Source: Paragordius varius
Lineage: Eukaryota > Animalia > Nematomorpha
Direction of reading: 5' to 3'
DNA: 64,000 nt
Assembly: GCA_964247055.1 (NCBI GenBank)
Contig: OZ176052.1
Location: 10,230,001 to 10,294,000 of the forward strand
In this document: in pieces, positions 14,901-26,748 of the stretch
How positions within the stretch are numbered: the stretch's first letter is position 1
Layout of the letters: every line of letters begins with the position of its first letter
The notes under the pieces: model-generated
The model's database searches: none
The model's input: only the letters and a program-made list of their open reading frames with translations
What the model was told of the DNA's origin: nothing
Translations under genes and position numbers: made by a program

Positions 14901-17900
14901 ATAAAATTTGTAATAATGGTTCTTCTTTTAATTCAATCTAATTTTTCTACGATTGGAAATATAATTATAGGAGAGTTATATACTATGTGGACACTCCAAC
15001 GCTGTATATATCTAGATATCTAAGGTTAAAATTAATTGCCAGAAAGATGAATATAAATTTGTACATAAAAAATGCCGGTGGCAAATTCTTTGTTAGTCTC
15101 TATCTATATACCTTTTCTGAAAAAAAGATAAAATTTTATTAGATTTACCAAATTATTAAACTTATATATGGTTTTATTTCTACATCCTAAAGGTTATTAG
15201 ATATTAAAATAATGGTTATTTTATTAGAACTCTAAAAAACGTGGAAAAATGTTATAACTTTAATCATGATTTATTATTTTTCCCTAAGAATAATTTAAAT
15301 AATTTATTTATATAGTTTTCTAACTAACCTCTTTATCCTTCTTATATCTTTTTCCCCGTTTTCCGTTATTGATATTTATTTTACTAATAACAAGTTGTTT
15401 GTTATTCATTGGAATTGTAATATAAATATAAAAATTAATTTGTTCATGAATATTCATGAGGTAATAGGAAAAAGCTAATAAGAATTCAAAGATGGACTGA
15501 TGACTGCCTTTGATATAATATTAAATTGTGTGAGATTAATATTATTTTTTTTTACTTAGACATAAACCTAACTAACCAACTAACTCCTTATATAAAATTA
15601 GTTATAAAATTTAAATTTTTTTAATGTGTTTCTACGAAACTAAAATTTAAATTTTTGGGAGTAGCTATCATCAATGAATATTGATGTTACTGCATAATAA
15701 CATGTCTGGTTATTTTCATCGAATTATTTAAATTATTTTTTATTTAAACACTAAAATTTTTACTTTTTAATCCGTTACAGTTTTGTCGATTGGACGCAAA
15801 AAAAAGTATTAAACATTTCGAAAAATATATGGAAACTCAATTTACATAAATTTGAATCACTCATCAACTTTGTTGTTATCCCTGAAACTAAAATGCTATG
15901 AATATTAATAATTTCATTATAGACATATAAATTAAAACGTTTTTTTTATAAAATTTGTTGTCACTCTGTTAAAAAGTTAATTTTCCAAACTACCTTATTT
16001 TTTCTTTGAAGTTTTTGCGGTTCATTACATTTTAATTATTTCAATTTAACAAATTAATTACATTCTGATGATAAGACTATATAAATTTGTAACTTTTTTT
16101 AGTAATTTGTTACATTTAATGGAATAGCGCTTGCAGATTTTTTAGAAAATTGTTCTCTAAAATATCAAATTCCCTTGATATTTTTTGCATAGATTCGTAA
16201 TTTATCTGTTTGTCGTGGTCACATAACATTTTTTTAATTTACAAAATTTTGTTTTTTATGATGTGTGGTGTAGTTAGGTGATATTTACACATTGCCTCAG
16301 TATTCTCAGCGTTAGTTATAAAATCTATGTAAGGATTTATGGAAGATTTTCCAAGGTCACATTATTATGGAAACAATGCGAACGCGATAATAATGATATT
16401 GTGTAGAAGTGTATAGTTATGTGGTTTAATGTGTAACACAAAACAAATGACAACAAAACATTTATTTAACATCCAAATATGGAAACTTGTTTTGGCGTCC
16501 ATCCATACAAATATAATATTTTTTTTGATTAAATTGTTTGTTTTTTTCAGTGTATAGTCATATTTATGTTACAGCCAATTTAAGTGCGTTTTTTAACTAA
16601 CTTTGTAACCTTATAGGTTGCAAATATAGGTAATCAAGGAAATATAACTTGTACAACATTTAATTATTGGGAATATCAACAAACCTTAAATTAAAATTTT
16701 ATAAGAACGAAACAAATTACGTAGTTAATTATTATTATAATTTATTTATGTTAACCCTTAAAAATTTATTCAAACTGCTTCATACTCAATAATTTGTAAT
16801 AACTTGTTATAGAATCGTGAAATTCTCTCCCCAGAAAATACTAAACGCCTCTCACGACCTATACTCGAAAAACAACCTCTTACATCAACAAGTATTGCTG
16901 AAGTAGAAAAAGAACGTAAAGCATCTCAAACGCCTTTCCTTATATCACCAACACATCCCAGTCTTCCTACCCATATCCCACTTTCCTCCACCACCCAAGC
17001 CACCACAAAAAGCACAATGATTATGGAACCATCGCTCTTGGAAGCTTATCAAACTGAACTCCTTAAACGGGAACGTGAACGTGCTGCAACACTAAAAGAA
17101 CAAAATTTCTTACGTTCTTCCCTGAGAGATTCTAAAAAACTTCAAGGACTTGCCGCCACTCAAACTGGTATGAGTAGTTCTGATTTCCCACCTCATGTGG
17201 GATTTGTCAATGCTGCATTCTCACCCGAACATAGCAAGGAGATGGAGACGGTTAAAGCAGGCTCCACTATTTCAGGTACACACATATTATGACGATTATT
17301 ATATTTAGGGAATAAAAGAACGGGAATACGTTTTAGGGGTTTGAAAATAAACATGTTCAATCTGAATGCCAATACATTACATTGTTTCATTGTTAATAGA
17401 CTAAATATAAAAAGACAAAAACGACTGATATTTTATCAAAAAACCATATTTTTGATACTTCATTTTCTCCCCTATATAAATAATATATTGTATCGATTTT
17501 CCCTAATATTTAGCAACCCAAACGATAAGTTGATTAATAAAAAATTAGGGTTTTTTATGTTTTATCTATACTCATATTTTTGTATTAATTTTTTGATTTT
17601 AGATATCCCAAACATGATGAACCAATTTAATGCCGTTTTAAATAAAGCATATGCCAAAATTAATGTCACACCTGTTTCTGCAGATGGCGCATCTAAAACT
17701 CATAATATGCAAATCGCTCAACTACAAACCCTACAAGCATTTATACAAAATCCAGTGTTCGTTCGCAGTTTAGCATTATACCAAGCCTTAGCAATCCAAT
17801 ATCCTAAAGTTTTAAATCAATCTCACACATCGCCAGATAGTGTGACAAAATCTACTATCCAAAAATTAATTACCGAAGTATTTAGTTTTTTGATTATTAA

Positions 17901-20900
17901 TAATCGATTTTTTAGTTTCGGTGTTTTCTGAAAAAATCGTAAATCTCCTGTTTCTAAAGAAAACACAATTAATTTTTGTTAAATATTAATGGTCAAATTT
18001 TTATTACTAGATTATATGTGATCCCAAAATATCGACGCACACGTCCAAATCGCCAAAGTTCACAGCGCTCCTAACAGAGTTAGCTCACATATTACGTAAA
18101 CCCGATGTCGATAACCTAATTGTTGCCTTTGATACGATAATACACGAACAAACTGATTTACCAAATGCTCAGGATGAAGTTTTATTTGACACAAAAAATA
18201 TGGATAAACTTTCAGCAAACATACCACATCCGAAAACCGGTACAAAAACGCTTAAACGACCGGATAGCCTTGACATATCTGGTAGCCAAGATAATATTAA
18301 CGCCGTTGAAAAAGGTAACATATGCGCTAGTTTTTTGCTATCTTACATTAATTTAAATTGATTTGAAGATATAAAACACATATTTTAAAATCTTTGCCGA
18401 TAATATATGTGAAAACTACTCGCGATATATATAATTTTAAAATCATTTATCATTTTTTTGCGTAGCTGAACATATCAAACAAACGCCTTACCTACCACCA
18501 GATTATGAACAAATTAGCACAAATAACGTAGTTCCCGATAGCCATCAAGATGCATTCATTGAGCCAAATGGCACGACTTATGATGAATACCCAGAATATC
18601 CAAAAATTAAAGTTGTCCGAATCGAAAAGGGGGCAGAACCTTTGGTAAACTTTTATTATTATTATAATTACAAAAAAGTTATGGGTGAAATTTTTTGAAA
18701 AAAATACCTTTAACTTATATATACGGTAGTATGAGTTGAAATTTGCTAGTTTTTTAAATAAATATTGAGAAATAACAGATTTTATTGTAACGTTATTTTT
18801 TGGATTCCTGCATAGCGCTTTTTGCTCTATATGCTATATGACAATATAGAAAAAACTAATATATTTAACATCAAATTTAGGAAGTTATTAAAAAAAATAT
18901 CAAATATGTGTGTGTGTTTTATAAATTATTTATTAAAACTTCAACGCAACACATAAATTTTAGGTGTTTTAGTTAAAAAACTATATACAATTTATGCCAC
19001 CTAACAAAAAAATGGAGGTGCCAAATAGTCTACTTTGTTTCTATGGTCATTATCTCTTATTATCTTTATTATTATTATATAAATTATTTATAAGATGTTT
19101 CATATTATTTTATTGTAAATATAATATTTATTAAATTTTATGTTACCACCATAATTAGTTTTTTTTATTTAAATTTGTAAATGTTTTTCATTGAACTTAA
19201 ACACTCCTAAAAAAGTATTTTGTAAACCATAAATTTTAGCGAAAAAAACACGATAAATATAACCTTCGTATTTATAATAACACCTTAATGTCAAAAATAA
19301 GTCTGCGAAATATCCCTTCTCTTTGCAAGCTTAACCGACCCACTTTCGAATTTGGCACACGTTATAATTATTTTACACATTATGAACGCTAGAATATATT
19401 AAAACCGATACCCCCAATTGTTTAATGTAGGGCGCTACCATCCGAAACGAAGGTGAATCCGTCGTCATTGCCCGCGTTATAAATAACGGGACGGCCCAAA
19501 AAACTGGACAGTTAAGGCCAGGAGATGAAATATTAGAGATAAATGGCGCTCGAATCACGGGGAAAACTGTGCATGAAGTTTGCGATTTATTAGCTGATTT
19601 GAGTGGAACGCTTGTATTTATTATAAATCGGCCATCAACCAACCTTGAATATGATGGCGCTCCAACCATGTATAATGGTAATGACAATAATGGTGATAAT
19701 ATGTTACCTTACACACATCCACATCACAATGTAAATTGTTACAATGATCCAATGGTACACTCACACCTACCTACGGACGTGCATATAGTATAGATAGCTG
19801 TTGTTAATACTAATTTAATTTTGTCTAACTTTTGATGCTGTAGTAAATTAAGGCGTAAATGGTAATAAAGAGTTGTAAATAATGACTGTAAATAAAGTCA
19901 ATTTTTAAAAGTATATATATGTAGTCTTTAATTTTTTATCTTTGAGATTAGAGTGTTAAATATTTAAATGTGTTAAAGTCCACCCCATAACAAATAAAGC
20001 CCTTGTAGTACAGAGTATATAGAATAAATGATTTTTTACATTTTGGTTTAGTTTAATAAAAATTGACACTCTTTTACTCTTTAAATTCGGCTTTACTAAA
20101 AGCTGAAATTTATATTAATTTGACGCCTAAACGAAATTTTTACTCTTTTATTTTGAGTTTTTTATAGTAAAAATTAAATTTTTACATGTTTGCCGCTAGA
20201 TAACATACAAAGCCCAATTTAATTATGATCCTGAAGAAGATTTATATATCCCTTGTCGTGAATTAGGACTCTCCTTTCAAAAAGGTGACATACTACATGT
20301 TATTAATCAAATGGACCCCAATTGGTGGCAAGCCTACCGTGACGGTGAAGATATGCATGGGTTAGCTGGCCTAATACCTAGCCAAAATTTCCAAATACAG
20401 TAAGTTTTATTTACTTTTTTATGTGTACGTAATTTTCCCTGCTTTTAAATGGAATACAAAAGTAAGAGAAACCCCTCTCTCTATAAAGACGCCGATTGTG
20501 GGTGAAAAAATTATAGACTCCAGATCTACAGCTCTAGATTCTTTTAGATTTTTTTATTATTCATTTATATTTTACATATAAATTAAAAAAAATGATTATA
20601 TTTCAATATTTTTTTATTTTTGGGTCATCGCGAAAGGCATTCTCCACTTTTAACGATTAAAACTAATAAACTAGGACATTATTTTTTAATCGGCAAAGTT
20701 CGTAAGGATCAACATGAACTATTTGATGTCAAACGCTTTTAGTTAAAACCTTATAAGGGTGCCATTTTACAGAGCTTTTCTATAATATAATACAACTCTA
20801 TGAATATTGTTGTTTTTGTTTTAAGGCGTGAAACGCTCAAACGTACCCTATTTTCAAGCAATTCCCCCTCCCCTCGAAAAAGCAATTTGAAAGAAACCAT

Positions 20901-23900
20901 GAATGGTAATACGTATAATCATCCCAAAAACAATGCAAAACTCTTGAATACTTCCACAAACAATTTATCCTCCATAATGCATAATCATTCTGGGGCTTCT
21001 CTTAACGCATTAACAAACAACGCCAATAATTCTTCCACTGCATACTTACAACACCCTAATAACAAAAATAATGGAACAGACATGAATAACACGATAAGTA
21101 CAAAAGCTTCAAATTTCATGGCAAACTTGTGTGGAAGCACCGATGGAAATGGAAACAATACATCCACGAGTTTGGCATCAAGGTATACTATATTGATATA
21201 TTTTAATTATAAAATATGTTTTTGTTCCATTTCTTCCTAAATACACTAGGGAATTACTGCGTGTTGTAAAATAAATCATTTTTTCGTTGTAATGCTTTTT
21301 GTTTATTTTACATTTTTACATTTACCCTTAACATAAATGTGACTCCTGTTATGTCCATATCTATGCATATTGATAAAAAACATTGTAAATTACATTTCCT
21401 ATTTTTTTTATAGGTTGTGTGCAAACGCTAAAGATTATTGTTTCAAACGACGCGGAAAACATAAATACTCAGGTAAACTCCAAAATAATATAATCTACAT
21501 ATTGATGTTTTGTTTAATACTTAGAAATAAAAATTGTTCTTTGAAATTATTTTGGACAAATAATAAATATTTTTTTTCCATTAGAATATGATTCAGACGA
21601 AATCTTAACGTATGAAATGGTTGAACTTTATTACCCCAGTGCTGATCATAAACGGCCCATTGTACTTATAGGACCGCCTGAGATTGGGCGTCATGAATTG
21701 CGACAAAGACTTATGCAAAATTTTCCTCAACGCTTTGCCCCTGCTGTGCCTCGTAAGAAATATTTTTTTTCTAAATTTTATTTTCCATTGGATAGTGTTT
21801 TGATCAGTTTAACACAAACTTGTTTTATATGTACCTAGTGTTTAAATTTATGAACAAAATATTGAAAAAAATACATTTAGCTCAAACATAACTCTATAAT
21901 TTAATTAAAAATTAACCTTGTTATATATTCTATAAACAGATACATCCAGACCTCAAAAATTTGGAGAAATTGATGGTCAAGATTACTACTTTTTATCTCG
22001 TGCCAAATTTGAGGCTGAAATAATGCGTGGCCGTTTCGTAGAACATGGGGAGTTTCAAGGTGCTCTCTATGGAACCAGTATAGATTCTATCCGGAAAGTG
22101 TTGCGTGATGGTACACGGACATGTATCCTTAATCTACATCCACAAGTATATTTTTGAACAATTTAACTTTATACTAATACATTTCAATGCCTACAGTTAA
22201 AAATGAAATTATATAGATCCAATCTTAAAAACTAAAAATAAATGATTTTTTAATAGAGGCAACGATACTTTTTAAACCTTTATATTTCCCCACATAAAAT
22301 GTATAATTACAATTTGTAAAATATATAATACAGTGCATTACCAAAATCTCTCTTATTTTGCAACACAAACGATGAGTTATATTTTATTTAATCAAATTTA
22401 TAAAATATGGCTCCCTCTTTTTTAAAAAATATTTGTCTTTTAGTTTTTAAGTTTTGTAATCACGAAATTAATGCTTAAGGCATGCACTAATTATTTTTGC
22501 TTTTTAATTTAATGCAATACTTGCTATAATGACAAAAATTAAATTAGATGAGAAAATAAGTTTTATAACGTTAAACTAAAAATTTATATTTTAACTGAGT
22601 GAAATTGTTAAAGAAAATAAAAAGTGTCACCTTTTGTCAATCATAAACACTTTAAGTTAATTCTTTGGTTTTTGTTGACTTCAACACTATAAATAACGAA
22701 ATCTATTGTGCAAAAACGTAAACTATCCCGTAAACTACTGCATCATAAAATTTTAGTTAATCCAACCAATTATTTTTCAGCGCAGAGAAGAAATATAGTT
22801 ATTTTAATAAATTTTCCTTTTGATTATGCCAAATATTATAAAAATTTAAAATGCCAAAATATATACAACTGTGGTAACCATTAATAAACAATTATTGTTC
22901 ATAATATGATATTTTACAGTCCCTGAAAATACTGTATCATTCGGATCTCATGCCATACGTTATATTTATTGCACCACCCCCAAATGTGGACAAGTTGCGT
23001 GAAGTTGAGGAGAAACGAGGTGTCTTTAAGCGTGACGGCGAGCTAGCTGAAATTATAACGAAAGCCCGGGAAATCGACGAAAATTTTGGGCATTATTTCG
23101 ATGTTTTCCTCATAAACTCCGACCTGGATAAAACGTACAATCAATTGTTGGAGGAATTGAATAGGATTGAATGTGAACCCCAATGGGTCCCTAAATTTTG
23201 GTTACACAATGATAATAGCACTCATCTGTCACAAGCCAATACTTTGGATGCCAATGCATACCCCAATGAAGGATATGATCCGAGTTTGTCTTAAATTATG
23301 ATATTTGGATTGTATTAGGTCATAAAATGTTTTTATCATATAGGAATTACATTTGTTTAAAACTTATGGGTGAGTTTTTTCGATTGAGAATTAGTTTGTT
23401 TTACTTTCTTGTCATGTTAAAATTATTAAATTTAGGCTTTACATTAATTTATTACGATGTAACATTGAAAAATCTAATTTAAAATTTTATCTTATAAAAA
23501 GGATGTTGAACATTAAATACTACGGTTTTTATCCACATATTTTTTCTGTCGAACCAATATTACAAATTGTTAAAATATTTTCAAATTGTAACATATATTA
23601 ATTTTTCTTTATAAATAAAATCAATTCTTAGTTACTTACACTATTTATTTTTTTTGTTTTTCTAAAAATTAAACTTATTATCACGCTTGTAAAACATTTG
23701 ATTCATGCTTTACAAAATTAGGTTTGTACCATCATCAATCAAATGTAAACTCGCATGAACATAATCATCAGATTAATCCCTCGTGGGATGAAAGGATGGT
23801 TGGTGCTTTCGAGAATTACAATTTCACCATGGATGATGAGAATGCCCTTTATCCTGCCTATGGGAATGGTAATAATCGCAATAACAATAATAGCAATGAC

Positions 23901-24017
23901 ATTATCATAACATCTTCCAAACAACATTACATCACCAATAAAAATTGTAACAATATTTATACTATAAACTCTACGATCACATCATTCAATGATAACAAAA
24001 ATGTTTTAATCCGGTGA
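11995..24017 (+). CDS. MPP5: MAGUK p55 subfamily member 5 / Stardust, long isoform (N-terminal PDZ-like, ECR2, L27-L27, PDZ, SH3, HOOK, GuK), ~1279 aa
   Basis: Exons 11995-12058, 12127-12236, 12421-12472, 12648-12968, 13928-14049, 16813-17275, 17603-17877, 18011-18314, 18466-18644, 19431-19730, 20200-20399, 20826-21182, 21414-21472, 21585-21752, 21940-22145, 22920-23283 (or to TAA 23294), 23722-24017. Motifs [89 protein letters not shown] and [12 protein letters not shown] has EVCDLL, the invertebrate Cys at the position of human PALS1 Phe318. Confidence 0.92.
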
Positions 24018-24889
24018 ATTTATATTTTCAAACCCGTAAAAAGCTCAGAACTAAACTTACTTACTTAGTTTTCAACCATATTTATTTGGCTGTTATTTAA
24101 TTATATTTGGAAGGGGAAAAAGTATTTAAGGGTTTCTAATCCAATCAACATATATCATTCCAACATTTATCATCATATTTATATATGCGCATGTAATACC
24201 CACAATATACACTTACTATTTAAATTATGTTGTATAAAACCTTTTACAAAGAAATGACCTTTGTATGATTAACAAAATCGCTTAGCAAAGACATTTTTTA
24301 TTTAGGGTCAAGTAAAAATTTTGACACACTTATTTTTATCAAATATGACTCATATGACAAATTTTTATCAGATATTTATAGATTTGGAGCATTCCTTTTT
24401 TCATTCTAATTTCATATATAATATCGTTAAATTGAATATTGTATGTAACTTATGTATGCCCGCAATTACAAATAATAAGATGTGGTGAAATTTTTTAACA
24501 TTGCGACATCCTGAATATATAGGATAAATTTTCATTGACAAATATATAAAATTTATGTAAATAAATATTGACAGATATATATCTCAAATAATAAAAATTG
24601 GTAGTATCTGCTTGTATAATCAGGTAAATTTTGGACAAAACATATATCAGATTTTTAATTGTGTTGTTTTTAATGGCCTTGAATCAGCTTTCTTTTTAAG
24701 ACCTTAATTTTCATAAGAACTGTTTGATAGTTCTATAATAACTATTTTAAAATAGAGGTTGGGTAACATTTAGCACCCAGGAGCATATCTATTTATTTGG
24801 CCCTTAAGCCTATGAATGCTTCCAGAAAATGATTTGTTAATTATTTAGTTTTTAAAAATCAAAATGATTTAAGTTATCAAATAATAAGC

Positions 24890-25900
24890 ATCGCATAGCT
24901 CAGTTTTGGGAAAAATTCCACAACATTCTATCAAAAGCATGTATTAACCTAGCAACAATACCTTAATTATACACCAAAGCGATTCAACCGGTGTTAAAAT
25001 ATGGATCGGAAATATGGGCACTGACAAACACGCTCAACGCTGAGTTACTTCAATCAGAACGTAGAATTTTAAATAATATTTTCTATTTGCACGATTTCAA
25101 GCAATTTAATTACACAACGAACCATGACCCCCACACACTCCTAGATAGGCGGGTAACATATACCATTTGCACTTCAAGAGTGTCCTTGAACACTTCAAGT
25201 TGGTCCTTGAACAATTCAAGTTGGTCCTTTGACTTTTTTGTTTTGTTTTTAACTTTTATCAATCAAATCGTAAATAATTCATCTATTTTATTGTTTTTAT
25301 TTCTATTATTTAACATAAATTTTGAATCGATATCAATTTTTAATATTTGAGAAACCGTATATCTTTATTAATTTCTTAAAATAATTTTGGATATTTATAA
25401 AGATTTTAACACGAAATGAAAAAATATATAAGTTTTCTGGGTTATTAATTAAAATTTTCATTAAAAACATTAAAAAGTTATGTTCAATTGAAAAAAAATA
25501 GTTTATAACAAAAAAGTGGTTTTTCAATAAAATATAATAAATAAAGAAAATTAGGTTAATAAATAATAAGATAAAAAATAAAATTTCAAAAATTATGGTT
25601 AAATCAAAATTTATAAATTTTAAGGACCAACTTGAACTGTTCAAGGACCAACTTGAATTATTCAAGGACCAACTTGAAGTGTTCAAGGACACTCTTGAAG
25701 TGCAAATGGTATATATCGTAGAGATCCGTCTCACATACTAAAAACCATGTTACATTACAAAGTGGACACTGCACCTAAAGCGGGCAGACCCCATAAAACA
25801 TATTTGCTAACAATTTAAGAGGATTTAGATCAACACAAATTAGATATAAAATTAGCTTAAAATAGAACTTTATCGAGAAAACAAATACAAGACCTTTTGG
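24890..25900 (+). mobile_element. Degraded 3' fragment of an RTE-like non-LTR retrotransposon (interrupted by the MITE)
   Basis: Translates LYTKAIQPVLKYGSEIWALTNTLNAELLQSERRILNNIF before the MITE and ...TMLHYKVDTAPKAGRPHKTYLLTI*EDLDQ... after it. These resemble the RTE-clade post-RT motifs PVLxYGSExW...ERKILRRI and RGRPRKRWxDxI. Confidence 0.65.
25159..25713. mobile_element. Foldback MITE related to 1432-1724, inserted into a LINE remnant
   Basis: ~75-bp inverted arms starting TATACCATTTGCACTTCAAG with 21-bp repeats TTCAAGTTGGTCCTTGAACA; AT-rich spacer. Confidence 0.78.
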
Positions 25901-26748
25901 GAAAATCTCTTCAATAAACAAATAAGAAGTTAGAAAAAATAAAAACCGAAAGGAAAAATGAAAAAAACGAATTAATAAGACCAATAACATGATTATTTGT
26001 CCATAAACTTCATCTGTTATCGTGTTTACTCTTATATAATTAACAGCATTACAATGGAATATAATACCCGAATTTAGGGCATACCTATATTTTCATCTCC
26101 ACGCCTAATTTTTTTTCTTTAAAAAAGGTTTATAATCTAGCAATAAAATTGATTAAAATATTACATAACATTTTTAGAATGTATTTTTCCCATTAATGCG
26201 TTTTTCTTATAGTCATAATACCAATACTATCTCGTTAAATTATTTAGTTTAAAATTAAATGTTTTTTAAAAAAAACTATTAAAAATATTTTTGTGCTTAT
26301 TTATATAAATGCAGCGTTCCTTATATTTGTAACACTTAATTTATTCAAAAATACATAATCTGAAAACTAAAACAGTCCAAATTAAGCATATACGTAATTA
26401 ATAATGTCTAGTATGCATCATTTATTATCATTATATAGATCGATGTACATAATTATTCATCTTGTAATTTTCCTCTTTTTTGTAACTGTAGTGAGTTTTG
26501 GCAATTTTTGTGCGGATTTTGCTATAATAAATTATAGAGTATAATTTATATAAAAAGTAAAATAAGAAAAATAAACATAAAGTTTTAGAATTTAATTTTG
26601 AATATTTTTTAATCTAATTTAATGTTTTAGTTTGCGAAAATAGAATATCAATTGATAAATCAATTTCGTATTTTTTAGTAGTAACTTTTTTGATTATATA
26701 GAAAAAATTAAGGATCAAAATGATGCTGATTATAAGAACTATTCTTTT

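Noticed and set aside
14971-15140. Intronic frame [12 protein letters not shown] as a candidate diverged ECR1 exon of MPP5
   Set aside because: Only the VDxP fragment matches, the rest is intron-like in composition, and there is no convincing donor or phase fit.
17341-17602. Hydrophobic N-terminal half of the 196-aa ORF 17341-17931
   Set aside because: Intronic read-through; the MPP5 L27 exon starts at the AG before 17603.
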